Assembly (NCBI GenBank): GCA_963746845.1
Contig: CAVVCZ010000001.1
Span: 96,001-160,000 of the forward strand
Reading direction: 5' to 3'
Source: an uncultured Chloroflexia bacterium
GTDB taxonomy: Bacteria; Chloroflexota; Limnocylindria; Limnocylindrales; CSP1-4
DNA: 64,000 nt
Both the position numbers and the translations under genes were made by a program. Shown here piece by piece: positions 51,094-61,992 of the stretch. The stretch's first letter is position 1, and every line of letters begins with the position of its first letter. The notes under the pieces were generated by a model. It was given only the letters and a program-made list of their open reading frames with translations, did no database searches and had not been told where the DNA came from.

Positions 51094-52124
51094 TCGATGG
51101 TCACCGGCTGCGTGTCGGTGTTCGTCTTTCCATCGCCATTCGAGACGGTGAGGGACACCGTGTACGTGCCCGGATCCGCGTACGTGTGCAGTCGGATCGG
51201 CGAGACGCCGGTTTCCGGAGGAGTCCCGTCGTCCCAGTCGAAGGAGTACGTGACCGCCCGTGCCGATCCCGTCCCATTGCACGTTGCGACGTGCGCCAGG
51301 ACCGTGCACTCGAGGTGCGCGACCGGCGGCAGCGGCTTCGGGGTCGGCTTGGGGGTCGGCTTCGGCGTCGGGGGCGGTGTGGGCTCGGGAGTCGGCGGCG
51401 GGGTCGGGACCACGTTCCGGGTCGGCGCGGGCGTCGGCCGTGGGGTTGGGGCGGGCGTCACGACCGGCGTCGGGGCGCCTGCCGAGGGCGATGTGGCGGG
51501 CTCGCTCGGCGCGGGTTCGATCGATGCAGGTTCGCTCGACGGAGCGGCGTCGCTCGGATCAGCGGAGCCGCTCGGTGCGACGGCAAGATCGGACGACGCA
51601 GGTCGGTCCGCCGACGACGTCGGTCCGGCGGCAACCGGAATGTGACGCGGCTGGAAGATCGTCGTGAAGACGGCGAAGACGAAGACGATCGTGGTCACCG
51701 GGGCGAGGGCGGCCGCCAGGATGATCGGCAATCGGCGGGAGCCCGCTCGCCGGGTCGTTGCTGGGGCCTTCGCAGCCCGGGTGGGTGCCGCGACCGCCAG
51801 GGGCTGGACCTCGGGCTGCGGGGTGCCTGACGTCACGGCGACCGTCGGCGTGATCACCACGCGATGGGTGACGATCGTCGAGCCGGCCGGGAAGATGGTC
51901 GACGCCGGGACGGGCGCCGAAGGGGCCTCGGTTGGCGGGACCGCGTCGCTCCCGTCCGATCGTGCCCAGAGGCGACGGCGGGTGGTCTTGCGGAGCGCCC
52001 AGATCCCGACCGAGTCGTCGACGACACGCGGAAGCACAACGTGACCGGATTCGGTCCGCAGCAGGAAGCGGCCCGCGATGAGGAGCAAGGCGACGACGAC
52101 GAGCGCCCCGACGAAGAATTCCAA
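51090..52124 (-). CDS. Membrane protein with Pro/Thr-rich linker and C-terminal PKD domain
   Basis: Two TM segments, PTP repeats, YSFDWDDG..HTYADPGTYTVSLTV. Confidence 0.8.
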   Translation of the reverse strand: MEFFVGALVVVALLLIAGRFLLRTESGHVVLPRVVDDSVGIWALRKTTRRRLWARSDGSDAVPPTEAPSAPVPASTIFPAGSTIVTHRVVITPTVAVTSGTPQPEVQPLAVAAPTRAAKAPATTRRAGSRRLPIILAAALAPVTTIVFVFAVFTTIFQPRHIPVAAGPTSSADRPASSDLAVAPSGSADPSDAAPSSEPASIEPAPSEPATSPSAGAPTPVVTPAPTPRPTPAPTRNVVPTPPPTPEPTPPPTPKPTPKPTPKPLPPVAHLECTVLAHVATCNGTGSARAVTYSFDWDDGTPPETGVSPIRLHTYADPGTYTVSLTVSNGDGKTNTDTQPVTIE

Positions 52125-52333
52125 CGAGCGGTAGCCCCGAGCACCCGGCCGGCTGACCGCCGGCGCCGAGCGATCCTAGCATCGGTCGCGGGACCGGCCC
52201 ACTGCGCCGGAATCCCTAGAACCGCACTCGACCCCACGAGGGTCCTGCCCCAGACGTCTCATGTCGCGCGGACGCACCGGAATGGCGCGCTCCCGGCCGG
52301 TCCGTCGCCCGTCGGACTCGGTCCGGGCGTCCC

Positions 52334-53428
52334 CTAGAAGTCCAATTCGTCGGGGTCGAACCCGCCCCGCGCGAGGATGAACAGGACGAACCCGCTGGCG
52401 ATGAGGACGCCCATGAACGCGTACAGCTGGGTCGATCCCGACAGGAACATGCCGAGCAGCGCCAGCAGGATGCAGATCGAGTAGATCAGCAGGACCGTCT
52501 GCCGATGCGAGAGCCCGATGTCGAGGAGGCGGTGATGGAGATGGCCACGGTCCGGCGAGAACGGTGACCGGCCCTCGGCGAGGCGACGGACGATGATCCA
52601 GAAGGCGTCGATGATCGGGACGCCGAGGATCAGCAAGGCGACGGCGACCTTGGCGGTGCCGAGGATCGACAGCACCGCCAGGGTGTAGCCGAGGAACATC
52701 ACCCCGCTGGTCCCGGTGAAGATCGACGCCGGGTGGAAGTTCCAGCGAAGGAACCCGAGCAGGGATCCGGCCAGGATGAAGCACAGGACCGTGATGAACG
52801 GCTGGCCGAACGGGCCGACCTGTGTCGTCAGGCTGATGATCCCCAGCGTCAGCGCCGCGATGAGCCCGATCCCGGACGACAGGCCGTCGAGGCCGTCGAT
52901 GAAGTTGATGCTGTTCATCATCCCGGCGATCCACAGGACCGTGAACGCGATCCCGAGGATGCCCTCCAGCTGGATCACCCTCGTGCCGAACGGGTTGGCG
53001 ATGAAGTCGACCGTGATCCCGCAGACGATCGCGAACAGGGCCAGGCCGATCTGGCCGAGGAACTGCCAGCGCGCGCGCAGGTCGTAGTAGTCGTCGACGA
53101 CACCGAACGCGGCCGCGACGACTCCGCCCACGAGCAGCCCGAGCATCTCGTAGGGCCCGACGGTCGCCGGAATGGTCACGATGCCGAACGTTGCGTTCAG
53201 GATCAGGGCGACGAGGGTCACCGACACGAACGCAACCGCGACTGCGACGCCGCCGCCGCGCGGGACCGGCGAGGTATTCACCCGCCGGTGACCCGGCCGG
53301 TCCACCGCGTCCATCCGGATCGCCACCCGCCGGATCGGCGGGGTCAGGAAGTAGGAGATCGCGGCCGCCGCGACGAAGGCGAGCAGCAGGAACGGGATGA
53401 CGCCGGCGGCGATCGGGATGAATGTCAC
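52334..53428 (-). CDS. MraY/WecA/TagO family polyprenyl-phosphate HexNAc-1-phosphate transferase
   Basis: [53 protein letters not shown]. Confidence 0.9.
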   Translation of the reverse strand: MTFIPIAAGVIPFLLLAFVAAAAISYFLTPPIRRVAIRMDAVDRPGHRRVNTSPVPRGGGVAVAVAFVSVTLVALILNATFGIVTIPATVGPYEMLGLLVGGVVAAAFGVVDDYYDLRARWQFLGQIGLALFAIVCGITVDFIANPFGTRVIQLEGILGIAFTVLWIAGMMNSINFIDGLDGLSSGIGLIAALTLGIISLTTQVGPFGQPFITVLCFILAGSLLGFLRWNFHPASIFTGTSGVMFLGYTLAVLSILGTAKVAVALLILGVPIIDAFWIIVRRLAEGRSPFSPDRGHLHHRLLDIGLSHRQTVLLIYSICILLALLGMFLSGSTQLYAFMGVLIASGFVLFILARGGFDPDELDF

Positions 53429-54774
53429 GCCGGGCGGCGCAGACCCGGAACCGGGAACGCGGCGGCGATCGCCGCCACGCGTGGCGCGAGCTCGGCCAGA
53501 CCGGAGGCATCGTCGTGGCGGTCGATCGCGTCGGCGATGATCGCCGCGATCTCGCGCATCTCGCGCTCGCCCATCCCGCGTGACGTGACGGCCGGCGTGC
53601 CGACGCGGATCCCGGACGACGTGTTCGGCGGCTGCCGGTCGAACGGGATCTGGTTCTTGTTCACGGTGATCCCGATCTCGTCGAGGAGGTGCTCGGCGTC
53701 CCTGCCCGTCACGCCTCGGGACATCACGTCGACGAGCATCAGGTGGTTGTCGGTGCCGCCCGAGACGACCCGCAGCCCGCGCTCGGCGAGGACGCCCGCG
53801 ATCGTCGCGGCGTTGTCGATCGTGCGCTGCTGGTCGCGCCGGAACTCCTCGCCCAGGGCGAGCTGGAACGCGACGGCCTTGCCGGCGATCACCTGCATCA
53901 GCGGTCCACCCTGGACGCCCGGGAACACCGTGCGGTCGATCGTCGCCGCGAGCGCGGCGGTCCCGGACGGGCCGGCCTTGACGTTCGGGAAGGCCGCGGG
54001 GTCGACCGATGACGGCAGCTCGAACCGGCTGAAGATCATCCCGCCGCGCGGTCCGCGAAGCGTCTTGTGGGTCGTCGTCGTCACGATGTCCGCGTGGGGG
54101 AACGGCGAAGGGTGGACGCCCGCCGCGACGAGGCCGGCGATGTGGGCCATGTCGACGAACAGGAGCGCCCCGACGCCATGGGCGATCGCCGCCATCCGCT
54201 CGAAGTCCCAGATCCGCGGATACGCCGACGCGCCGGCCACGATCACCTTCGGGCGGACCGCGGCGGCCTGGGCCTCGAGCGCGTCGTGGTCGATCCGCTC
54301 GGTGTCCTCGCGGACGCCGTAGGCGTGGACCTCGAAGAACCGGCCGGAGAAGTTCAGCTTCATCCCGTGGGTCAGGTGCCCGCCCTGGTCGAGCTTCATT
54401 CCGAGGATCCGGTCGCCCGGGTCGATGACGCTGAAGTAGGCGGCCATGTTGGCCTGGGCACCTGAGTGGGGCTGGACGTTGACATGCTCGGCGCCGGGGA
54501 AGAGCCGGAGCGCCCGCTCGCGGGCGAGGTTCTCGGCCACGTCGACGAACTCGCAGCCGCCGTAGTAGCGCTTGCCCGGCAGGCCCTCGGCGTACTTGTT
54601 CGTGAGCCAGCTGCCCTGCGCCTCCATCACCGCGGCCGAGGTGTAGTTCTCCGAGGCGATCAGCTCGATCTTGTCGTGCTGGCGACGACGCTCGCCCTCC
54701 ATCGCCGCCCACAGCTCGGGGTCGAGGTCCGCGATCGAGGCGTCAGCGGTCCGCATCCCGTCCGTGATCGCCAT
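53425..54774 (-). CDS. glyA: Serine hydroxymethyltransferase
   Basis: [42 protein letters not shown]. Confidence 0.97.
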   Translation of the reverse strand: MAITDGMRTADASIADLDPELWAAMEGERRRQHDKIELIASENYTSAAVMEAQGSWLTNKYAEGLPGKRYYGGCEFVDVAENLARERALRLFPGAEHVNVQPHSGAQANMAAYFSVIDPGDRILGMKLDQGGHLTHGMKLNFSGRFFEVHAYGVREDTERIDHDALEAQAAAVRPKVIVAGASAYPRIWDFERMAAIAHGVGALLFVDMAHIAGLVAAGVHPSPFPHADIVTTTTHKTLRGPRGGMIFSRFELPSSVDPAAFPNVKAGPSGTAALAATIDRTVFPGVQGGPLMQVIAGKAVAFQLALGEEFRRDQQRTIDNAATIAGVLAERGLRVVSGGTDNHLMLVDVMSRGVTGRDAEHLLDEIGITVNKNQIPFDRQPPNTSSGIRVGTPAVTSRGMGEREMREIAAIIADAIDRHDDASGLAELAPRVAAIAAAFPVPGLRRPA

Positions 54775-54910
54775 CGCGTCATCCCTCCATCTGGGCGTCG
54801 GGGCCCGGGTCGCCGGACGTCGGACCGGGGCGCGCGCAAGGGCGGCGCAGGTGCCCGCGGTGTCGAGCACATCTTCCCATGCCGCGCTACGAGGCTGCGG
54901 CGGGCGAGCC

Positions 54911-55570
54911 TCAGGACGAGGCGGGGTCCGGCGCGAGCGCGCCGGCCGGCAGACCGAGGACCGCGGCCACCGCCTCGGCCGGGATCGCGCCGGCCCGCAG
55001 GATCCGCGGCGGATCGGCGGTGCAGTCGACGACGGTCGACGGCGGGCCGCCGTGGGCCGGGCCGCCGTCGAGGACGACCGCGACGGCGTGACCCAGCTGC
55101 TCGACGATCGCGGATGCGTCGCCGGCCTCCGGTGCGCCGGAGCGGTTCGCCGAGGTCGTCGGCAGCGGGCCGACCGCGGCGGCCAGGGCGCGCGGCGCTT
55201 CGTGGTCGGGGACACGGAGGCCGATCGTCGCGGCCCCGCCGGTCAGGACCGCGGGAAGCATGACGTCGGTCCGTTGCGGCACGACGAGCGTGAGCCCGCC
55301 GGGCCAGAACGCCTCCGCGAGCGCGGCCGCGGTCGGCGGCCACTCCCCGATCGTGGGCGCCTGGGCCGCGTCGGCGAGGAGCAGCATGATCGCCCGGTCC
55401 GGCGGCCGGTCCTTGGCGGCGAACAACGCCTCGATGCCCCCGGGCGTGTCGAGGGCCACGCCGATGCCGTACACCGTGTCCGTCGGCAGTGCGACGATCC
55501 CGCCGGCCTGCAGCGCCTCGATCGCGACGGCCCGCCCGGCGGCGTCGTCCGCGACGACTCGGGCGGTCAT
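54911..55570 (-). CDS. tsaC: L-threonylcarbamoyladenylate synthase (TsaC/YrdC)
   Basis: PTDTVYG, KDRP, FWPGGLT, RVPDH, TSANRSG, STVVD. Confidence 0.92.
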   Translation of the reverse strand: MTARVVADDAAGRAVAIEALQAGGIVALPTDTVYGIGVALDTPGGIEALFAAKDRPPDRAIMLLLADAAQAPTIGEWPPTAAALAEAFWPGGLTLVVPQRTDVMLPAVLTGGAATIGLRVPDHEAPRALAAAVGPLPTTSANRSGAPEAGDASAIVEQLGHAVAVVLDGGPAHGGPPSTVVDCTADPPRILRAGAIPAEAVAAVLGLPAGALAPDPASS

Positions 55571-56502
55571 GCCGCGGACCCGCGGAGGAGCGCCTCCCGC
55601 CGTTCGGCCGACAGCCGCTCCGCGTTCCGCGCCGCCTCCACCGGATCGGCGAGGACGAGCCGTTCGATCAGGTCCGCGACGCCCGCTCGCTCGACGGGCT
55701 GCGCGAGGTACCGGCCCGCCGCGCGGACCTGGGCGGGGGCACCCGCCATGGCCGCGCCGTGCCCGACAGCGGCGATCATCTCGAGGTCGTTGAACTGGTC
55801 GCCGATCGCGAGGACGTTGGCCAGCGGCACGCGGGCACGTCGCGCCAGATGACGGACTCCGACGGCCTTCGAGACCCCCGGGGCCAGGAACTCGAGGAAG
55901 CGCGGATGGCTGATGGTGACGGCGGCACGGCCGGCGAACCGCCGACGCGCGTCGTCCATGATCGCCTCGGGGATCGGCCCGGCCGAGACGGCCAGGACCT
56001 TCGACACCGGGTGGCGGATCCAGGCGATCAGGTCCGGAACGACATGGTCCCGCTCCCCGAGGAACGACGAGTAGTCCTCCGCTCGCGGGTCGTCGGCCTG
56101 GATCACGAACTGCTCCAGGTCGTTCACGTGGGGCTCGAGCCCGGCATCGCGAGCCCACGCGATGACGTCGCGGGCCGCGTCGACCGCCAGCGGCCGGTGG
56201 CGCAGGATCCGCCCGAGAGCCGGATCGCAATCGGCCGGTGGCAGCTCCCGGATCAGGGCGCCCTGGTACGCGACGATCGGGTCGACGAGCCCGAGCCGGC
56301 GGGCGAACCGGCGGGCGCTGGTCGACATGCGGCCGGTGACCAGCGAGACGTGGACCCCGCGGTCGAGTGCGCCACACACGGCGGCGGCGGTCCGCGCCGG
56401 GATCAGCTGGTCGTCGCCGACGAGGGTCCCGTCGATGTCGAGCGCGACGAGCCGGATCGGGAAGGCGGCCCCGGGCCGGCCGGGACTGGGGATGTCAGCC
56501 AC
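55567..56502 (-). CDS. Cof-type HAD-IIB hydrolase
   Basis: ALDIDGTL, VTGR, GVSK, IGDQFNDLEM. Confidence 0.9.
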   Translation of the reverse strand: MADIPSPGRPGAAFPIRLVALDIDGTLVGDDQLIPARTAAAVCGALDRGVHVSLVTGRMSTSARRFARRLGLVDPIVAYQGALIRELPPADCDPALGRILRHRPLAVDAARDVIAWARDAGLEPHVNDLEQFVIQADDPRAEDYSSFLGERDHVVPDLIAWIRHPVSKVLAVSAGPIPEAIMDDARRRFAGRAAVTISHPRFLEFLAPGVSKAVGVRHLARRARVPLANVLAIGDQFNDLEMIAAVGHGAAMAGAPAQVRAAGRYLAQPVERAGVADLIERLVLADPVEAARNAERLSAERREALLRGSAA

Positions 56503-57424
56503 GGATCACCCGCAGGACGCGGGGCAGGCCCGCGAGGTCCGGCTCGACCGTCGCGTGCCACCCCGGGAGCACCTCGGCCACCGCCGCGGGCGCCGTCTCT
56601 CCCTGGTCCGCCCCGATCTCGAGCAGGGCCACGCCGTCGTCGGCGAGCGCGCTCGCCAACCGGCCGAGCAACGCCCGGATCACGTCGAGCCCGTCGGGGC
56701 CGCCGTCCAGCGCGTCCCGTGGCTCGTACGAGGCGGCGATCGGCAGCCCGGCGATCGCGTCCGTCCGGACGTACGGCAGGTTCGCGACGACGACATCGAA
56801 CGGCGCGCCGTCGTCCGGCAGGACCACCGGCAGCAGGTCCGCTCCGGCGAACCGCATCCCATCGGCCGCGGCATGGCCGACGGCGTTCTCGCGGGCAAGA
56901 TCGAGCGCCTCCGCCGACCGATCGGTCGCGAGGATCGTCACGTTGCGGCCCATCGTCACGCGCCGGCCCCGCAGGCCGACCGCGAGCGCCACGGCGATCG
57001 CGCCGCCCCCAGTCCCCACGTCGGCGACCCGGACCGGATCGCCGCCCCGTCCCGGACCCGCCCCTGCCTCGCCCGGCCGCTCTGCCAGGCGGCGCATCAC
57101 CTCGGCGATCGCCAGGTCGACGAGCGTCTCCGTCTCCGGCCGCGGGATGAGCGCCCGGGAATCGACCGAGAACGCCAGCCCGTGGAACTCCTTCAGGCCG
57201 CGGATGTACGCGACCGGCTCGCCCGCGGCCCGCCGGTCCACGGCGGTCTCGAATCGGGCGGCCGCATCGATCCCGATCGGTGCCTCCGGGTAGGCCAGGA
57301 TCGTGGTCCGGTCGACGCCGACCGCCCAGCCGAGGAGCACCTCGGCGTCGAGCCGGGCGCTCTCCGAGCCGGCGGCACGCAGCCGCTCGGTCGCGCCGGT
57401 GAGGCTCTCCCCGATCGTGGCCAT
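56495..57424 (-). CDS. prmC: Release factor glutamine methyltransferase PrmC/HemK
   Basis: GEPVAYI, LIPRPETE, DVGTGGGAIA, NLPY, DGGPDGL. Confidence 0.94.
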   Translation of the reverse strand: MATIGESLTGATERLRAAGSESARLDAEVLLGWAVGVDRTTILAYPEAPIGIDAAARFETAVDRRAAGEPVAYIRGLKEFHGLAFSVDSRALIPRPETETLVDLAIAEVMRRLAERPGEAGAGPGRGGDPVRVADVGTGGGAIAVALAVGLRGRRVTMGRNVTILATDRSAEALDLARENAVGHAAADGMRFAGADLLPVVLPDDGAPFDVVVANLPYVRTDAIAGLPIAASYEPRDALDGGPDGLDVIRALLGRLASALADDGVALLEIGADQGETAPAAVAEVLPGWHATVEPDLAGLPRVLRVIRG

Positions 57425-57474
57425 CCCTCTCCTCTCGCGCGTCGCCGCCGGCGCGGGCGCTGCCGGCGCCCTCC

Positions 57475-59835
57475 CTACAGGCGGATCGTCACCGACAGGT
57501 CGCCCACCTTGCGGAGGACCTCCGCGCTCGTCGTGCCCCGCCAGCGATGGAACAGCAGGTCGACCGACGCGTCGCCGACCCGCAGGTTCGTCAGGGTCAC
57601 CTTGCCGAGCCAGTCCGGGAGGTTCGGGTGGTGCAGCTCCAGCTCGTGCTGACCCGCGTTCGCACGGAGGCCCAGCATCGTCTCGACGAACAGGAACGAC
57701 GCGCCGGCGGCCCACGCCTGGGGCGAGCACGCGACCGGGTACGGCACGGGCAGCGCCGAGTGATCGCGGTCGAACCCGCAGAAGAGCTCCGGCAGCCGGA
57801 AGTCCGGGAAATGCTGGGCCGCCTGGAACACGTGCCCGACGAGCCGATTCGACTCCTCGTCGAAGCCGTAGCGCTTCAGCCCGGCCGCGATCAGCGACGT
57901 GTCGTGCGGCCAGACCGAGCCCGTGTGGTAGCCGATCGGGTTGTAGCCGGGCTGGTCGCCGGCGTAGGTCCGGATCCCCCAGCCGGAGAACATCGTCGGG
58001 CTCATCAGCCGGTCGGCGACCTCGCGGGCGCGGGCGGGCGTCGCGATCCCGGACCACAGACACTGCCCGGCATTCGAGCCGATCGCGTCGAGGTGGCGCT
58101 TGGCGCCGTCGAGGGCCATCGCGTAGTAGCGCTGGTCGTCGACCCAGAACGCGTCCTCGAACCGGCCGCGAAGCTGCTCCGCCTCGGTCCGCAGACGGCT
58201 CGCCAGCTCCTGGTCACCGCGGAGCGCCGCGAGGTCCGCGATCCGCCGCTTCGCGTCGAACACGTAGCCCTGGACCTCGGCGAGCGCGATCGGCGTCGTC
58301 GGGAAGCCGCCGGCGCGGTCGCGGATCGCGTCGCCCGAGTCCTTCCAGCCCTGGTTGACGAGACCCCGGGGCGACCGCCGCTCGTACTCCACGAACCCGT
58401 CGCCGTCGCGGTCGCCGTACTTGTCGATCCACTCGAGCGCCCGGAGCGCGTTCGGCCAGAGCTTGTCGACGAAGTCCCGGTCGCCGGTCCAGTCGAACGT
58501 CGCCGCGAGCAGGATCAGCCAGAGCGGCGTCGAATCGATCGAGCCGTAGTAGGGCGTGTGGGGCAGCTCGCCGGCGCCTGCCATCTCGCCGGTCCGCAGC
58601 TCGTGGAGGATCTTGCCGGGCTCGGCGTCGCGCCAGTCGTCGACCGCAGTCGCCTGGTACGCGGCGAGCACCTCGAGCGTCTCCATCGCGATCTGCGGCC
58701 GGAATGCGAGCGACTGGAACGACGCGATGATGGCGTCCCGGCCGAACAGCGTCGCGAACCACGGCACGCCGGCCGCGACATAGCGCTGGCCCTCGCCGGG
58801 GCCGTCGTTGATCAGCAGGCGGAGATCGGCGAGCGAGCGGTTCAAGGTCAGGTTGAACAGCTCGTGGTCGGTCTGGATGGCCGTCGTCCCGCGGCCCCAG
58901 GCATGGTACGCACCGGCACCGTCGTCGCCGCTGACGCGGGGCGTCTCGGGGAAGAGGGTCGCGGTGTCGTCGCCGGAGGCCCCGATCCCGGCCGCGCCGC
59001 CGCGGGTCGGCGGCGTCGGCGCGATCGACGGCCAGATCGTCCACTGGAGCTCGTGCCGCTCGCCCGGCGCGAGGCGGAGGTCCCACCGGAACCGGACGGA
59101 CCCGCCGCTCTGGACCTGGTCGTCGGACTTCGCGTCGATCGGGCCGAACCACGAGGCCGCCTCGGAGAAGGCGATGTGGGTCGATCGCCGGCGATCGTCG
59201 AGGCCGTCGTACCGGAAGGTGGCCCGGGTCGAGGTCAGCGCCACCGGCAGGAGCGTGCCACGCTTCGGCCGGGGATAGCCGCGGACCTCGAAGATGTCGG
59301 CGTCGTCCGCACCGAGCTCCAGCTCCACCGGGACCAGGAGCTCCGTGCCCGCGTGGTTGACGATCCGGAGCCGCTCCTCCATCGCCCCGACACCGATCAG
59401 CCGGTCGCGGGCGATGCCCATCGTCCGCCCGACGACCGTCTGGTCGTTCTCGTGCATCTTCGTGTCCGGGTTGCGGTCGGCGCTCGGGTTCGTCAGCTGG
59501 ATCGACCCGCGGTAGTTGGCGCCCATCGAGCCCTGGAGCAGGACGGGCCGGGTGCCACCGACCCTGAGCGCGCAGCACGACAGCAGCCGGGTGTCCGAGA
59601 GGTACAGCCCGAGCCCGCGCGAATCCGGGTGGATGTCGCCGAACGGGTCCGTCAGCAGGTACAGGTTGCCGTGCTTCAGGACCTGGACGCTGCCGAGGTC
59701 GGTCGCCTTCTCGATCGGGACGGCCCGGGCCTCGATGAAGGTCGTCCCGCCGTCGGCAGGCGGCCCGGCCGGCGGCGCCTTCGTGACCGCCGGGGCCGCA
59801 GCCGCGGCGGCGTCAGCTCGGCGTGCCATCGCCAT
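57475..59835 (-). CDS. Glycogen debranching / amylo-alpha-1,6-glucosidase-like protein
   Basis: GLYLSDTRLLS N-domain, AAGVPWFATLFGRD, EPGKILHELR, NQGWKDSGD, YHTGSVWPHD, ACSPQAW. Confidence 0.88.
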   Translation of the reverse strand: MAMARRADAAAAAAPAVTKAPPAGPPADGGTTFIEARAVPIEKATDLGSVQVLKHGNLYLLTDPFGDIHPDSRGLGLYLSDTRLLSCCALRVGGTRPVLLQGSMGANYRGSIQLTNPSADRNPDTKMHENDQTVVGRTMGIARDRLIGVGAMEERLRIVNHAGTELLVPVELELGADDADIFEVRGYPRPKRGTLLPVALTSTRATFRYDGLDDRRRSTHIAFSEAASWFGPIDAKSDDQVQSGGSVRFRWDLRLAPGERHELQWTIWPSIAPTPPTRGGAAGIGASGDDTATLFPETPRVSGDDGAGAYHAWGRGTTAIQTDHELFNLTLNRSLADLRLLINDGPGEGQRYVAAGVPWFATLFGRDAIIASFQSLAFRPQIAMETLEVLAAYQATAVDDWRDAEPGKILHELRTGEMAGAGELPHTPYYGSIDSTPLWLILLAATFDWTGDRDFVDKLWPNALRALEWIDKYGDRDGDGFVEYERRSPRGLVNQGWKDSGDAIRDRAGGFPTTPIALAEVQGYVFDAKRRIADLAALRGDQELASRLRTEAEQLRGRFEDAFWVDDQRYYAMALDGAKRHLDAIGSNAGQCLWSGIATPARAREVADRLMSPTMFSGWGIRTYAGDQPGYNPIGYHTGSVWPHDTSLIAAGLKRYGFDEESNRLVGHVFQAAQHFPDFRLPELFCGFDRDHSALPVPYPVACSPQAWAAGASFLFVETMLGLRANAGQHELELHHPNLPDWLGKVTLTNLRVGDASVDLLFHRWRGTTSAEVLRKVGDLSVTIRL

Positions 59836-60949
59836 CCCCCGCGCCGCTGCCGTTCAGGCTCGCGAGCCGGTCGGCCTGATCGGCCATCACCAGGGCGTCG
59901 ATCAGCCGGTCGATGTCGCCGTCCAGGACGCGTGGCAACGCCGAGAGGTCGAGGTGGATCCGGTGATCCGTGACCCGGTCCTGCGGGAAGTTGTACGTCC
60001 GGATCTTGTCGGACCGATCGCCCGCGCCGACCATGAGCCGCCGGGCCGCCGAGCCCTCCTCGCGCTGCTTCTGGAGCTCACGCTCGTACAGGCGCGAACG
60101 AAGGACCGACAGAGCCTTCGCCTTGTTCTTGTGCTGGCTCTTCTCGTCCTGGATCTCGACGACGAGGCCGGTCGGCAGGTGGGTAATCCGGACGGCCGAG
60201 TCCGTCGTGTTCACGGACTGGCCGCCGGGTCCCGACGACCGCTTGACCTCGATCCGGAGGTCCTTGTCCTCGTCGATGTCGATCGCGACGTCGTCCGCCT
60301 CGGGCATCACGACGACCGTCGCGGTGGAGGTGTGGATTCGCCCGGACGATTCCGTGGCCGGGATCCGCTGGACGCGGTGGACGCCGCTCTCGAACTTCAA
60401 TCGGCTGTACGCCCCGTCGCCGTGCACCTGGACGATGGCCTCCTTGACCCCGCCGATCCCGGTCTCGTTCATGCTGAGGAGCTCCGGGGTGAACCGGTGC
60501 CGCTCGGCGTAGCGGACGTACATCCGGTACAGCTCGGACGCGAACAGCGCCGCCTCCTCCCCGCCGGTCCCGGCCCGGATCTCGAGGATCACGTCCCGGT
60601 CGTCGTTCGGGTCGCGCGGGAGCAGCAGGACCTTGAGCTCCTCGAGGAGTCGCTCCTCCTCGGCGGTCAGCCGGTCGAACTCCTCCGACGCCATCGCATG
60701 GAGGTCCGCGTCACTGTCCCCCGCATCGCGCATCTCGCGAACGCCGGCGAGCTCCGACCTCGTGGCCTCCAGGGAGCGGAACGCCTCCACGACCGGCTCG
60801 AGCCGGGCCATCTCCTGACCGAGCCGCCGGATCGCATCCGGATCGCTCGTGACTTCCGGGGTGGCGAGCTGCGCCTGCACCGCGTCGTACTGCGCGGCCA
60901 CCTCCTTCAGGCGGGCGTCCAGACCGGTCCGGTCGCCGTCCCCGCTCAT
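59813..60949 (-). CDS. prfA: Peptide chain release factor 1
   Basis: Starts MSGDGDRT at 60949; EIRAGTGGEEA, RIPAT (PxT, RF1-specific), GGQ. Confidence 0.96.
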   Translation of the reverse strand: MSGDGDRTGLDARLKEVAAQYDAVQAQLATPEVTSDPDAIRRLGQEMARLEPVVEAFRSLEATRSELAGVREMRDAGDSDADLHAMASEEFDRLTAEEERLLEELKVLLLPRDPNDDRDVILEIRAGTGGEEAALFASELYRMYVRYAERHRFTPELLSMNETGIGGVKEAIVQVHGDGAYSRLKFESGVHRVQRIPATESSGRIHTSTATVVVMPEADDVAIDIDEDKDLRIEVKRSSGPGGQSVNTTDSAVRITHLPTGLVVEIQDEKSQHKNKAKALSVLRSRLYERELQKQREEGSAARRLMVGAGDRSDKIRTYNFPQDRVTDHRIHLDLSALPRVLDGDIDRLIDALVMADQADRLASLNGSGAGDGDGTPS

Positions 60950-61983
60950 GCTCCCGGGACGGGCGGGTCGATCGTCACCGCGGCGGCCGCGGTCGCCTCG
61001 GTGGCTCCTCCGTCCGACGCCCCGACCGGGATCGCCTCGCGATGACCCGGCAGGACCATCCGGTCCCGCTCGAGGGTCCCGCTCCCCGTCGGCAGGGGTT
61101 CGCCGTCCGCCTCGAGGGCCTGCTCCATCGAGACGATCGCGACCTCGATCATGTCCGCCGTCGGCTGCTTCGTCGTGATCTTCTGGACGAGGATCCCGGG
61201 GTACATGATCGCCCGCACGATCGCGTTGCCGCGGTGCTTCGCGCCCCATTTCAGGATCTCGTAGCCGACCGCCGCGATGACCGGGATCAGGAGGATCCGG
61301 CTCGCGATCATCACGAGCGGCTCCTGCCGCCCGACGAGGCTGAACGCGATGATCGACAGGGCGATGACGACGACGAGGAACTCCGTGCCGCAGCGCGGAT
61401 GGGCGGTCGGGTACTTCCGGACGTTGTCGACGACGAGCGGGTCGCCGTGCTCGAGCGCGTGGATCGTCATGTGCTCGGCGCCGTGGTACTGGAACACGCG
61501 CTTGACGTCGTCGGCCCGGGAGATCAGCAGCAGGTAGCCGATGAAGATCGCCACCCGGATGAAGCCCTCGACCAGGTGCTGGACGACCCCGTTCTGGATG
61601 TTCGACGTCGTGGCGCTCGCGATGAACAGCGGCAGCAGGAAGAAGATGCCGACCCCGAAGAGGAGCGTGATCCCGAGCATGAGCGCGATCGCGCTCTTGC
61701 CGAGCTCGACGCCCTCGTCGCCGTCCTCGCCGGTGCCGGCCGCCTGGATCGAGGCGCTCCGGACGAGCCAGCGCGTCCCGACGAAGAGCGTCTCGTACAG
61801 GACGACGAGGCCGCGCAGGAACGGCATCCTGGACCAGCGGCTGCCGTGGAAGCCGCTGTCGAGCGGCTCGGTGGCGTAGACGATCCGGCCGTCGGGGTGA
61901 CGGACGGCGACGGCGATCGCGTCGCGGCCGCGCATCAGGACGCCTTCGATCAGCGCCTGGCCGCCGTACGAGTAGCGAGGCAT
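60946..61983 (-). CDS. DUF1385 domain membrane protein
   Basis: YGGQALIEGVLM, FQYHGAEH, HPRCGT; usual position upstream of prfA/prmC. Confidence 0.9.
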   Translation of the reverse strand: MPRYSYGGQALIEGVLMRGRDAIAVAVRHPDGRIVYATEPLDSGFHGSRWSRMPFLRGLVVLYETLFVGTRWLVRSASIQAAGTGEDGDEGVELGKSAIALMLGITLLFGVGIFFLLPLFIASATTSNIQNGVVQHLVEGFIRVAIFIGYLLLISRADDVKRVFQYHGAEHMTIHALEHGDPLVVDNVRKYPTAHPRCGTEFLVVVIALSIIAFSLVGRQEPLVMIASRILLIPVIAAVGYEILKWGAKHRGNAIVRAIMYPGILVQKITTKQPTADMIEVAIVSMEQALEADGEPLPTGSGTLERDRMVLPGHREAIPVGASDGGATEATAAAAVTIDPPVPGA

Positions 61984-61992
61984 GGGGGAAGT

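Noticed and set aside
54775-54910. ZTP or THF riboswitch upstream of glyA
   Set aside because: The short GC-rich spacer lacks recognisable consensus elements.
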